Below, piece after piece: positions 47,307 to 56,873 of a stretch of DNA of 64,000 bases. Positions within the stretch are counted from its first letter, which is position 1. Every line of letters starts with the position of its first letter. This DNA comes from Candidatus Bathyarchaeum sp. (GTDB taxonomy: Archaea; Thermoproteota; Bathyarchaeia; Bathyarchaeales; Bathyarchaeaceae), in NCBI GenBank assembly GCA_026014495.1, contig JAOZIF010000171.1:34997-98996 (forward strand), written 5' to 3'. The position numbers and the translations under genes are program-made. The notes beneath the pieces were generated by a model. That model did no database searches, was not told where the DNA came from, and worked only from the letters and a program-made list of their open reading frames with translations.

Positions 47307-47579
47307 ATGGACGACCTGCTCACTGTTTCTTTAGCTAGTTTAGCCGTGCTCTTAGTTTCAGCACTTATTTTGGTATTAGTTTTGCAGAAAAACCGTGAAC
47401 ATAAGGGAGCAAAGGAACCAAACTATCAAATCTTTTTTTGGATTGGCGTAGCGTTTGTGCCAATGGGCCTTGTTTTTGTATTGTTGTCGTTTACTTCAGG
47501 CTTTCCACTGTATGTTGGTATTCCGTTTATTGGTATCGGTCTAATGTTTTTACTGATTGGTTGGTCTAAACGAAAATAG
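47307..47579 (+). CDS. Small three-TM membrane protein
   Basis: Three hydrophobic segments; EPNYQIFF. Confidence 0.6.
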   Translation: MDDLLTVSLASLAVLLVSALILVLVLQKNREHKGAKEPNYQIFFWIGVAFVPMGLVFVLLSFTSGFPLYVGIPFIGIGLMFLLIGWSKRK

Positions 47580-47647
47580 CTGAAAAGAAACAAAAAATGA
47601 CTAACCTTAAGTCAGTTGCATATACAGGAATTAACTTTCAAAATTTG

Positions 47648-47992
47648 CTAAACTGTTTCCTCTTTATCTTTAAGCCATTTCTCTGTTCCAACTTCTTTTC
47701 TTTTCGTTAGGTCATTTTGTCGCAAAACAAGAGCCTTCTTAGCTTCTTCGTCACTTAAAGCTGGGTCACGTAACGCTAGGAACGTGTCACATGGAAGTTC
47801 ATTGCATACCCCACAATGCTCTAAGTGTTTAGTGTTAACGCAGCAGTTGTATAGTGGACAATACTCAACATTCATCATGGATGTCCAAAACGGTTTGCCT
47901 TTTTGGTGTCCGCATCCCCTACATTTTGTGTTTAAATGTTCACAGGTTCCACAAAATAGTCCACATACCGCTGCTAACTTTTTGTCAAGCAA
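47648..47992 (-). CDS. DUF3795-like Cys-rich protein
   Basis: CGLFCGTC, C.GC, C.LY.CC...HCGVC.E.PC. Confidence 0.75.
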   Translation of the reverse strand: MLDKKLAAVCGLFCGTCEHLNTKCRGCGHQKGKPFWTSMMNVEYCPLYNCCVNTKHLEHCGVCNELPCDTFLALRDPALSDEEAKKALVLRQNDLTKRKEVGTEKWLKDKEETV

Positions 47993-48061
47993 TAGCTTTC
48001 GCCCGTAGATTTAATACGTCTTTATTGTTTTGTCAAGAAAAGAATTGTGGTGTGATACCTT

Positions 48062-48485
48062 ATGGAGTTTAAGGATTGTATCAAGTTTGCTAACGAAAAC
48101 AAGTCTAGCTATCTTGCTACTGTTGAGGGCAATCAGCGCGGGTAAGAGACTTTTTTATGTGATATACTGACGAGTCTGGGTTTTATTTTCACACAGGTGC
48201 TATGAGGTCTGTACAGTCAATTGAACTCAAACCCTAATGTTGAGATTTGCTTTTATCATCTCAAATGAGAATGGCGAGTTATGATGAGAGTCACTGGAAC
48301 TGTTGAATTCTTAAATGATGTAGCAATGAGGGGAAAGTTGATTGAAGAACGGTAGTTTTTGAAGGCTTGGGGCTTTACTGCTGAAAACCCTGATTTAGTT
48401 ATTTTCAGAATACCCCAAAGATGAATCATATTTTTGGAATATGGAAACCAATTTTGATTCAAAGAGCGTAATCAAATTTGGATAA
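48062..48485 (+). pseudogene. Pyridoxamine-5'-phosphate oxidase-family pseudogene
   Basis: Manual translation across frames: MEFKDCIKFANENKSSYLATVEGNQ/RVR...GFYFHT...NPNVEICF...MRVTGTVEF...ENPDLVIFRI...FW, with several frameshifts and stops. Confidence 0.8.
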
Positions 48486-48560
48486 AACTAAACGCAAAAC
48501 AGCGAAAACTTGTTTATAATTTAGTGTGTTGAGCCAAAAACAGCTTTTTGGGTTGTGAAT

Positions 48561-48683
48561 TTATGCGGTTACGCAGACCGTCCACAATGTTTCCATTCTT
48601 CCACAGACTTCACATCTGTATTGTTTCATGTAGCCCGATTCTTTGTCTACCTGCATTTCTGAGTTACAGTCAGAGCATTTCAT
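48561..48683 (-). CDS. 40-aa zinc-ribbon microprotein
   Basis: MKCSDC...YRCEVCG; GGAGGTGA SD immediately upstream of ATG 48683. Confidence 0.65.
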   Translation of the reverse strand: MKCSDCNSEMQVDKESGYMKQYRCEVCGRMETLWTVCVTA

Positions 48684-48886
48684 TTCTGCGTTCACCTCCG
48701 ATTGCTTGCATTGTTTCTTGTTGTTAGCATTCAGTATTCCAATACCTGAGCGAATAATATATACATATACCACATAAACTATATAGACTCTATACTTATT
48801 TAGAATCAATAACGCCAATCAAAATAGTAAACAAAAAAATAAACGGGATGATGCACCCAAACGCTAACAGATTCCGTCTCGTACTG

Positions 48887-49324
48887 TTATGTGTAGTTCA
48901 GATTGAATGTTATAGGCACATCATCGCCCCAAGACTGACGAAGCGGACATATCTTTTGTGCAATCTGGTAAACCTTGTTTGCTTTAGCTCTTTCACGTTC
49001 ATTATCTGCTACTAAACCTATGTTCATCGTAAAATGTATGTGCGTGAAAACAAGCTTCTCTAGACCCTCAACGTTCATTGTGACCGCAGCTTTTGTTTGA
49101 AGACTCTTAAGTCCCAGCTTGGAGTTGCCTGCAACCAACAAAAAGATGGTGTTCATGCACGACGCTAACGACGCCGCAAAAACTTCTTCGGGAACACAGT
49201 ATCCAGCTTTTCCACCAAACTCAGGTGGAGGACTAACAGTAGCTATCGTTTTATTTTTTATTGTTAACTCGCATTCGGTTCCGCCTTTCCAATTGGCTGC
49301 ACCTTCAAAAACCATATCAGGCAT
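48887..49324 (-). CDS. OsmC family protein
   Basis: PPEFGG, PEEVFAASLASC, CPL. Confidence 0.88.
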   Translation of the reverse strand: MPDMVFEGAANWKGGTECELTIKNKTIATVSPPPEFGGKAGYCVPEEVFAASLASCMNTIFLLVAGNSKLGLKSLQTKAAVTMNVEGLEKLVFTHIHFTMNIGLVADNERERAKANKVYQIAQKICPLRQSWGDDVPITFNLNYT

Positions 49325-49418
49325 AAAACAAAACCCCCAACCTAAACCTGATCAAACCGGAAATTTAATGCTTATGTATCTACGTAGAAATAAAACAAAA
49401 AAAGGAAGAAGCAAAAAG

Positions 49419-49649
49419 CTAAACTACTAATTTGCTTCCTTCTGGAGTTATTTGATATTTATCATCTTCTTGTTTTGCGAATCCAGCGTTAACAAGTTCC
49501 CTAAGACCGCTTCTAACCTTGAACAGTGGGTTTCCTGTGACTTTTGAAACATCTTCTGGGGTTGCTGCTCCGCTTTTCAAAGCAGACAGCGTAGCAATGC
49601 CGCTTTTGGTAGGTTTTCCGTCTGGAGACACGCAAGGCATGACGATCAC
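49419..49649 (-). CDS. Small winged-helix protein
   Basis: CVSPDG, LFKVRSGLREL...YQITPEG; overlaps the peroxiredoxin stop. Confidence 0.65.
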   Translation of the reverse strand: MIVMPCVSPDGKPTKSGIATLSALKSGAATPEDVSKVTGNPLFKVRSGLRELVNAGFAKQEDDKYQITPEGSKLVV

Positions 49650-50293
49650 AGCTTCTTAAAGCAAAGGTACCAGTCCTTGCAGTCATAGCCTTCTTTGGTT
49701 CGTTCTTCTGCTTGTTCTGTTGTGCCGGGTGGAGGAACAACAACAGGGTCTCCTGGTTTCCAGTTGGCAGGTGTAGCAACCTTGTGTTTGTCTGTAGTCT
49801 GTAGGGCATCAATTATTCGCAAGATTTCTTTCATGTTTCTGCCAGTTGTCAGCGGATAGTACAGGATTGTTCTGATTTTGCTTTCGGGGTCTATTATGAA
49901 TACGCAGCGAACTGTTTCGGTTTTGCTCTGTGCCGGGTGTATCATTCCATATTTTTGGGACACTTCCTTGTTGAGGTCCGCAATGATTGGGAACGGAATT
50001 GTTACTCCCATTTTTTCTTTGACATTTCTTACCCATGCAATATGCGATGAGACGCTGTCAACACTTAAACCAAGTAGCTCAGTGTTCTTTTGCTTTAGTT
50101 CGCCATAGATTTCTGCGAATGCCATGAACTCTGTTGTGCAAACTGGCGTAAAGTCTGCGGGGTGCGAAAACATGACGAGCCAGCTTCCAGCAAAATCTGA
50201 GAGCCTCAAAGTTCCTTGAGTTGTGGGTGCTTCAAAATCGGGTGCTTTTTCACCAATTAATGGTAACCTAATTTCATCTGTTTTTTCTTCCAT
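49646..50293 (-). CDS. Peroxiredoxin (Prx6/archaeal TPx type)
   Basis: HPADFTPVCTTE, GRN..EILR, ATPANW, CKDWYLC. Confidence 0.93.
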   Translation of the reverse strand: MEEKTDEIRLPLIGEKAPDFEAPTTQGTLRLSDFAGSWLVMFSHPADFTPVCTTEFMAFAEIYGELKQKNTELLGLSVDSVSSHIAWVRNVKEKMGVTIPFPIIADLNKEVSQKYGMIHPAQSKTETVRCVFIIDPESKIRTILYYPLTTGRNMKEILRIIDALQTTDKHKVATPANWKPGDPVVVPPPGTTEQAEERTKEGYDCKDWYLCFKKL

Positions 50294-50458
50294 CAAAATC
50301 ACCATATACATAAAATATTTGTTAGCAGTTGAAATAAAGTTATCTAAATTGCACTAGAAAAAATAGCCATAATTTGTTTTTTGCTGTAAAGTTTTATCTG
50401 CAGAAACGTTAGACATGTTATCTGTTTACTGCAATCACTTGGGTGTGGTGACACAAAG

Positions 50459-51007
50459 ATGGATTACCCCCGTGACTGGGAAGTCGAATTCACGACTAAG
50501 AATGGCATGAATGTGCTTTTTCGTCCAGAGCAACATACTGATTTGGAGTTGCTGTGGGAAATGTTTTCGTCACTGTCAAAAGAGAGTGTGTCAAATTTGT
50601 TGCCTCCTTTTACCCGAGAACGTGTAGAAGGCTTTACACGCGACATAGATTATGATGAGCTGTTGGCTATTGTTGCTGTGATACACAAGAACAGTAGTCA
50701 AAAAATCATTGGGTCCTCGTCACTAAGATTCAATTCACAGAAAGCTCTCAAGCATAAGGCAGAGCTGGGACTTACTGTACATGACGAATATCAAAACATG
50801 GGCATAGGTACGGCATTGCTTGCACATCTTGTTTATGTTGCTCGAACAAAAAAGCTGACCAAACTTTACCTGAACGTGAGCACTGCCAATAACCGTGCAA
50901 TTCATGTTTACACAAAAGCAGGTTTTATTATAGAAGGAATACTTTGCAAAGAAAGCCGCGTCGATGGCAAATACCGCGACGAGTACAGAATGGCGCTTTT
51001 CTTGTAG
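50459..51007 (+). CDS. GNAT N-acetyltransferase
   Basis: VHDEYQNMGIGTALL, NNRAIHVYTKAGF. Confidence 0.9.
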   Translation: MDYPRDWEVEFTTKNGMNVLFRPEQHTDLELLWEMFSSLSKESVSNLLPPFTRERVEGFTRDIDYDELLAIVAVIHKNSSQKIIGSSSLRFNSQKALKHKAELGLTVHDEYQNMGIGTALLAHLVYVARTKKLTKLYLNVSTANNRAIHVYTKAGFIIEGILCKESRVDGKYRDEYRMALFL

Positions 51008-51066
51008 TATTGCTTTGAGTGTTCGGTAAACTCCTTAAGTGTTCTTTTCACATTACTTGTTTGGTT

Positions 51067-51984
51067 ATGTCTGCCGTTAATATTGCTGTGCGCGCGTTTC
51101 GTAAACTTGAACCTGAAGACATTAAGTTACTGCAAGCCATGGAAGAGCAAATGAAAAACTATGAGTATGCGCCAAAAGATGCAATCCAAAAGCAGTCAGA
51201 GTTTGCGTTCTCAGAAATCGAGTATCGGCTACCCCTTCTCATAAAAAATGGGCTAGTGCAGGGTTGGCGCGGAAAATACGTTGGCTACGGTCTAACAACA
51301 GCAGGACACGATGCCCTAGCGATAAATGCCCTAGTGAAAGCAGATGTAATCGAAGCTTTTGGTAAACCCCTGGGTGTAGGAAAAGAATCAGATGTCTACA
51401 ATGCCCTAGCACCAGACGAAAAACAGGTGGCACTCAAGTTTCATCGCATAGGACGAACAAGCTTCAAAAAAACTAAGCTAAAACGAAACTACACCGTCAC
51501 ATACAGCTACACGCCCGATTGGCACCACCAATCAAGAATCTCAGCCAAAAAAGAATACCTTGCACTAAAACTGTTGTATCCAAAAGGTGTAGCTGTTCCA
51601 GAGCCAATCAAGCAGACCCGTCATGTTTTGGTTATGAGCATGATAGATGGTGCAGAACTTTACCATTACCCTGAACTGCCCAACGCACAGGCTGTATACG
51701 ATGAGATACTATCTAACGTAAAAATAGCCTACCAAGACGCCGACATGATACATGGTGACCTGAGCCCCTACAATATTATACTTCAGCCAGATATGCACAT
51801 TTTAATAATAGACTGGCCTCAGGCAGTTTCCACAAAACACCCAAACGCAAAAGAACTCATAGAACGAGACCTGCGAAACGTTCTAACTTTTTTCCAACGC
51901 AAATACGGACTAAAAAACAGATTAGAAGATGCCGTAACTTATGTCACAACGAATACCAAAACTAACTTGACGGCACAAGATTGA
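51067..51984 (+). CDS. rio2: RIO2 atypical kinase
   Basis: N-terminal wHTH, GVGKESDVY, KFHRIGRTSF, IHGDLSPYNI, IIDWPQ. Confidence 0.93.
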   Translation: MSAVNIAVRAFRKLEPEDIKLLQAMEEQMKNYEYAPKDAIQKQSEFAFSEIEYRLPLLIKNGLVQGWRGKYVGYGLTTAGHDALAINALVKADVIEAFGKPLGVGKESDVYNALAPDEKQVALKFHRIGRTSFKKTKLKRNYTVTYSYTPDWHHQSRISAKKEYLALKLLYPKGVAVPEPIKQTRHVLVMSMIDGAELYHYPELPNAQAVYDEILSNVKIAYQDADMIHGDLSPYNIILQPDMHILIIDWPQAVSTKHPNAKELIERDLRNVLTFFQRKYGLKNRLEDAVTYVTTNTKTNLTAQD

Positions 51985-52009
51985 ACTGGAAACTGAATGC
52001 TTATCCTAT

Positions 52010-52249
52010 TTATTCGGGAGGCACATCAACGCAGATGTACAAAATGTTGTTTCCTCTTAGGAGGATGCTTCCATAGTTCGCGGTCAATCTTTCGTTAACT
52101 CGTTCAGTTGCTTTCTCAAGCAGCACGTTCATGTGGCTATCACAGCGGACCATGGTGCCTCTATATTCTACTCCATTTTTCAAAACAATTGCCACATAGT
52201 TATTCAACTGTTTTGTTAAAGCATTCAAAGGTTTTCTACTTGGTTCCAA
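52010..52249 (-). CDS. Sm-like archaeal protein (SmAP/Lsm)
   Basis: LKNGVEYRG.M...D.HMNV.L, ILLRGNNI. Confidence 0.92.
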   Translation of the reverse strand: MEPSRKPLNALTKQLNNYVAIVLKNGVEYRGTMVRCDSHMNVLLEKATERVNERLTANYGSILLRGNNILYICVDVPPE

Positions 52250-52386
52250 CGAATCACACCAGCAATAGACCTACTAACATCAATGACTGTTTATAAAAGT
52301 TATGAGCAAGAAATAAAAATAAGAAACTGCCGTTTGGAGCCGTTTACCCCAAAAACAGCACTTCAAAGCAATAAAAAGACAGGTTC

Positions 52387-53139
52387 TTAGTCCAGAATTT
52401 CCTTAAACACTTCATTAACAAGCTGAGGGTCCAGTTTTTCGTAGGCTTCGGTGCTAAGAACATCATACCAGAACGCTTTTGAGACATAACCATAGACTGG
52501 TTTTCCCTCTTTTAGAAGATAAGGTAACACTTCGCCCATGAAATCTAGTTCTGGCTTTTTTCCCTTTAATTGTTTCATATACTCCAGCATTTTTCCATTC
52601 AATACAGAGATTCCCACGCTTACTGGTTTTTCTAATGTTGGTTTTTCTTCAAATCCAAGAACCTTTGAGTCGGAGTCAAGATTTGCTAAGCCAACTCTGA
52701 CTTTGAAGCCTGAAGACAAAGCAACCGTGCTCCACGCCTGCTTGTCTTTGTGGTACTGCAGTAACTCTGTGAGATTCATGTTTGTTACAATGTCTCCGTA
52801 ATACACAAGCAAAGTATCATCTGCATTTACTTCTCCATTGTTGTATGCCGTTAAAACTGCACCGCCAGTTCCTTTCGAGTTGGGGTCATCTTCCACGTAG
52901 GAGATGTTCACGCCAAATCTGGAGCCATCCTCAAAGTAGTTTATGATCTGCTCTGACTTGTAGTTGACCAGAAAAACTAGGTCTTTAATTCCATGAAAAC
53001 GGAATAGGCGAACAACATATTCTAAGAGCGGCTTTTGTTTTAGTCCCACTGGAACCATAGTTTTCTGAATATAATGGGTAAGGGGTCTAAGGCGTGTACC
53101 TTTTCCCCCGCAAAGCACTACTCCTTTAACTTTGTTCAC
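52387..53139 (-). CDS. NDP-sugar pyrophosphorylase (nucleotidyltransferase)
   Basis: CGGKGTRLRPLT, GTGGA, YGD, FEEKP, WYD; GTG at 53139. Confidence 0.88.
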   Translation of the reverse strand: MNKVKGVVLCGGKGTRLRPLTHYIQKTMVPVGLKQKPLLEYVVRLFRFHGIKDLVFLVNYKSEQIINYFEDGSRFGVNISYVEDDPNSKGTGGAVLTAYNNGEVNADDTLLVYYGDIVTNMNLTELLQYHKDKQAWSTVALSSGFKVRVGLANLDSDSKVLGFEEKPTLEKPVSVGISVLNGKMLEYMKQLKGKKPELDFMGEVLPYLLKEGKPVYGYVSKAFWYDVLSTEAYEKLDPQLVNEVFKEILD

Positions 53140-53191
53140 TTGAAACACTACCAAAATTGAAGGAAAAGGAAGAAAATAGGGGTTTTTATTG

Positions 53192-53467
53192 TTAATCTGT
53201 GCTCTCAGATTCAAGATCTTCGATTGGTCTTGGTGGCGGAGTAGTTCCCATTGTCCAGCCAATCCATGCTCCTATCGCCAAGACTGCGACAAAAGCGATT
53301 AGTACTGGAAATGCAACTAGATACAATCGGAATGTTTGTGATGACAAATTCCAATCGAGCAAATCAACTACTTCGCTTGCCCATACCATGCTAACCGTGT
53401 ATGCAAGTGCAACTAACGCACAGACTAGAAATATTACCCATCCGATGGCTTGATCTTTACTAACCAT
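53192..53467 (-). CDS. Two-TM small membrane protein, DPM2-like by motif
   Basis: DQAIG...YT and YLVAFP...IG.WIGWTM followed by PPPRP. Confidence 0.6.
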   Translation of the reverse strand: MVSKDQAIGWVIFLVCALVALAYTVSMVWASEVVDLLDWNLSSQTFRLYLVAFPVLIAFVAVLAIGAWIGWTMGTTPPPRPIEDLESESTD

Positions 53468-53530
53468 TTATTTATTCACCACGATGTAGCCAATTCTATC
53501 TTGAACCATATTATAAGCTTTATTGTTAAA

Positions 53531-54787
53531 TTAGATAGTTCCTTCATCCCACGTTGCTAAATATTTCTTCTGTTTTTCAGTAAGTTCATCAATTTCTACT
53601 TGTATCGCCTTAAGCTTTAGACCTGCTACAAGTTCATCTATGTCTTTTGGTACACGATAAACTTTGATTTCCAGACCCTTATTTTTCACTAGATACTCAG
53701 CGTTAAGTGCTTGATTAGCAAATGACATATCCATAACCTCTGACGGGTGTCCTTCTGCAGCAGCAAGATTCACCAATCTTCCCTCAGCTAACAAATGAAT
53801 TTTCTTTCCATCCTGTAGCGTATACTCTTCCATGTTTGGCCTTAGAGTTCTTTTTGCTGTCGCCATTTCATCCAAATCTTGTATGTCAATTTCCACATTG
53901 AAATGTCCGCTGTTTGCGATTATGGCACCATCTTTCATTTTTAGCATGTGCTCTTTTCTGATGACGCTAGTGTTTCCTGTAAGCGTTACAAAAACATCTC
54001 CAAGTTCTGATGCTTCATCCATGGGCATTACAAGGAAGCCATCCATTACTGCTTCTAATGCTTTTGTTGGGTCAACTTCAGTGACGATTACCTTAGCTCC
54101 CATGCCTTTGGCTCTCATGGCTAAGCCTCGTCCACACCATCCGTAGCCTGCAACAACAAAGTATTTTCCAGCTAGCAAGACGCTTGTGGCACGTAGTATT
54201 CCATCTATTGTGCTTTGTCCTGTTCCATATCTGTTGTCAAAGAGATATTTGGTGTATGCATCGTTTACGGCTATAATTGGGTATTTGAGTGCGCCATCTT
54301 GTTCCATGGCTCGTAGGCGGATTACTCCTGTGGTGGTTTCTTCTGTTCCACCAATTACATTTTCTATCAAATCTGTTCGTTCCTTGTGAAGAACGCCAAC
54401 AACGTCAGCCCCATCATCCATTGTGACTTGTGGCTTGTAGTCTAGAACGGTGTTTATACACCAGAAGTATTCGTCGGTTTTTTGTTCACGCCAAGCATAC
54501 ACATGAATCCCCTTAGTTGCAAGGTAGGCGGCTACTTCATCTTGTGTAGAAAGAGGATTTGAGCCACACAACGCAACGGTTGCGCCTCCAGCCTTGAGAG
54601 TTTCTGCTAATACTGCAGTCTCTTTGGTGACGTGAAGGCATGCGCCTATAGTGATGCCCTTTAGAGGTTTTTCTTTCTCGAATCTTTCTCGGATTTGGGC
54701 TAATACGGGCATGTGTTTTGCTGCCCATTCAACAAGTAATGCTCCCTGAGGAGCCAAATTCAAATCTTTAACCTTATAATCTTCCAT
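53531..54787 (-). CDS. ahcY: S-adenosylhomocysteine hydrolase
   Basis: [49 protein letters not shown]. Confidence 0.97.
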   Translation of the reverse strand: MEDYKVKDLNLAPQGALLVEWAAKHMPVLAQIRERFEKEKPLKGITIGACLHVTKETAVLAETLKAGGATVALCGSNPLSTQDEVAAYLATKGIHVYAWREQKTDEYFWCINTVLDYKPQVTMDDGADVVGVLHKERTDLIENVIGGTEETTTGVIRLRAMEQDGALKYPIIAVNDAYTKYLFDNRYGTGQSTIDGILRATSVLLAGKYFVVAGYGWCGRGLAMRAKGMGAKVIVTEVDPTKALEAVMDGFLVMPMDEASELGDVFVTLTGNTSVIRKEHMLKMKDGAIIANSGHFNVEIDIQDLDEMATAKRTLRPNMEEYTLQDGKKIHLLAEGRLVNLAAAEGHPSEVMDMSFANQALNAEYLVKNKGLEIKVYRVPKDIDELVAGLKLKAIQVEIDELTEKQKKYLATWDEGTI

Positions 54788-55009
54788 AAGTGATTCCTCT
54801 TGCTTTCAGTAAATTTTAACCTAGTATTATATGGTTGTTACGGTTAAGGAGAAACAAAAATAAAGGAGAATAATTAAAGCGCTCCAGTCAACTTAATTTA
54901 CCAAATGCTTTTTTGCTTTCAAATCTGCTAGACTCTACTGATTTTTAGGCGTTGACAAACAGATTGTCTTTTATAGTAAATGTGACAAAAAACGCACGGG
55001 GTTACCTTT

Positions 55010-55378
55010 ATGGTTTATTGTTCTAAATGTGGCACAAAAAATGACGACACAGCACTGTATTGTGTAAACTGTGGTACAAAACTTGATGGGTCACCGAAAA
55101 GTTGGGACAAACGTCTTGATGAAGGAGCAGAAGAGTTTGGAAAACGAATGGAAGAGTGGGGCGAGAATTTTGGAAAACAATTTGAAGAAGGAGAATGCTT
55201 TGGACTTCATCACGGCGGATTACCTTTTGGACTCATAATTGGAATTCTCATAATAATTGTTGGAATACTAACACTTGCAGGAATCGAGTTTTGGAGTTCC
55301 TTTTGGGCAATCATAATTATAATGTTCGGTTTGCTGATTCTTGGAGGAACAATATACAACTTAACTCGAAAACACTAA
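55010..55378 (+). CDS. Zinc-ribbon membrane protein
   Basis: YCSKCG.KN.D...YC.NCG and two C-terminal TM segments. Confidence 0.75.
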   Translation: MVYCSKCGTKNDDTALYCVNCGTKLDGSPKSWDKRLDEGAEEFGKRMEEWGENFGKQFEEGECFGLHHGGLPFGLIIGILIIIVGILTLAGIEFWSSFWAIIIIMFGLLILGGTIYNLTRKH

Positions 55379-55456
55379 CACCAAACCGCATTGTTAACAC
55401 TAAAAATACAAAAGAAGCATGCACCAATCAAAAGGTGCACGAGAAAACAGACTTTG

Positions 55457-55732
55457 TTACTCTAGCCGTTTGATTATGTGGTAACCAAACTGTGTTTTCA
55501 CAATTCCAGATATTTGTCCCTTGTCAAGGGCAAATGCGGCTGTTTCAAACTCTTTTACCATCTGTCCTCTGCCAAATGTTCCGAGGTCTCCGCCGCGCTT
55601 TTTGGATGGGCAAAGCGAAACGTCTTTGGCTATGGCTGAAAACTTTTCTCCCTTCTTTAACCGTTCTAAAACTGCGTTGACTTCTTTTTCTGTTTTTACG
55701 AGAATATGGGCACAATGAACTTTATTTGACAT
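55457..55732 (-). CDS. Minimal parvulin-type peptidyl-prolyl isomerase
   Basis: HCAHILV, SLCPS...GGDLG.F.RGQMV.EFE, TQFGYHII. Confidence 0.93.
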   Translation of the reverse strand: MSNKVHCAHILVKTEKEVNAVLERLKKGEKFSAIAKDVSLCPSKKRGGDLGTFGRGQMVKEFETAAFALDKGQISGIVKTQFGYHIIKRLE

Positions 55733-55869
55733 ACCAACAAAATACCAAAAAACAGTTTATAACAATTATGGATTACCATCTGCTTGACGTTAACAGGTTT
55801 TGTTGGGCTTTGCAGGAAATGTTATGTTTGTTTCCTTTAGTTTGGTTTCATTTGGATTTTATGTGTTTT

Positions 55870-56097
55870 TTATTCTGAAACCATTCTATTAACTAGTCTT
55901 CTCACTAACGGAATTGCCACATAGCTTGTCGGGAACGCTACAACAGCACCTGTTATCCACGAGTGTGCAAACCTTTCAAGAAAACCTTCAGTCCATCCCG
56001 TGTTTATCGAAACCATCGCGAATGACATAATTGTACCCAAAATTATCGTCATGAATGTTGCTATCAATACCCCCTTGTATTGTTTGTTAATTTTCAA
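55870..56097 (-). CDS. DUF2798-like membrane protein
   Basis: IMS..M...N.G..EGF...F...W.....VAFP. Confidence 0.7.
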   Translation of the reverse strand: MKINKQYKGVLIATFMTIILGTIMSFAMVSINTGWTEGFLERFAHSWITGAVVAFPTSYVAIPLVRRLVNRMVSE

Positions 56098-56231
56098 ATC
56101 TAAGTCTCTCCTCTATGCTTCCTATATGTATCTCTTATTTTTTATATTTATTTATGTAAATTTAGTTTCTTTATAAGGCCATGACTAACAATTGTCAGTC
56201 ATGCTTAAATACAAAAAAGTCCTCATTTAAT

Positions 56232-56330
56232 GTAAGGTGCATGGGGAGCTGAGTTAACTCGGCTGAGAGGACAACTGCTTTGTTGTCGACCCTAAGGAAC
56301 CTGATCCAGGTAATGCTGGCGGAGGGAAAA
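56232..56330 (+). promoter_or_regulatory. TPP (THI-box) riboswitch
   Basis: GGGG(56243-46)/CCCU(56290-93) P2; AGCTGAG-ttaa-CTCGGCT P3; UGAGA 56264-68; GACAAC/GTTGTC P3a; AACCTGAT; CCAG-gtaatg-CTGG P5; GCGGAGGGA; P1 not clearly resolved. Confidence 0.92.
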
Positions 56331-56333
56331 AAA

Positions 56334-56858
56334 GTGAACATAAATAAACATAGGTTTTCGACAAAAATACTGGCAGAGATAGTTGTTTTTGTGTCTCTTG
56401 CTACAGTTTTAAGTTACATCAAACTTTTTAGTCTACCACAAGGAGGGTCCGTAACTGCGGCTTCGATGATGCCGATTTTATGGTTGGCGTTGCGAAGAGG
56501 ACCAAAAGTTGGGTTATTTGCGGCTACACTTTATGGTGTGGTGCAGTTTGCGCTTGGACCATACATTTTTCACCCTGCACAGGTGCTACTTGATTACCCA
56601 GTCGCGTTTGGGTTGCTTGGAATTGCGGGCTTCTTCCAAAATCGTCCCTACATTGGAACAACTTTAGGTATAGTTGGACGATTCGTTGCTCACTTCTTGT
56701 CAGGTGTAATCTTTTTTGCCAATTATGCGCCAGAAGGAATGCATCCTGCAATATACTCTGCAGTATATAACGGAGGCTACTTGCTGGTTGAGCTTGTGAT
56801 AACAATATACATCATGTACTTGCTTCGGGCAAGTAAAGTGCTTAACATCTACTTATAA
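56334..56858 (+). CDS. thiT: ECF thiamine S-component
   Basis: LPQGGSVT, RRGPK.G, QVLLDYPVAF, HFLSGVIFF..YAPEG, YS..YNG; GTG at 56334. Confidence 0.9.
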   Translation: MNINKHRFSTKILAEIVVFVSLATVLSYIKLFSLPQGGSVTAASMMPILWLALRRGPKVGLFAATLYGVVQFALGPYIFHPAQVLLDYPVAFGLLGIAGFFQNRPYIGTTLGIVGRFVAHFLSGVIFFANYAPEGMHPAIYSAVYNGGYLLVELVITIYIMYLLRASKVLNIYL

Positions 56859-56873
56859 CTGGGGAACGTAACA

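Noticed and set aside
48843-48877. Hairpin terminator after the OsmC gene
   Set aside because: Only a 7-bp stem with a G-U pair and a large loop
56280-56333. N-terminal extension of ThiT in the ORF track
   Set aside because: It lies inside the riboswitch aptamer; GTG at 56334 has an SD and matches the family start
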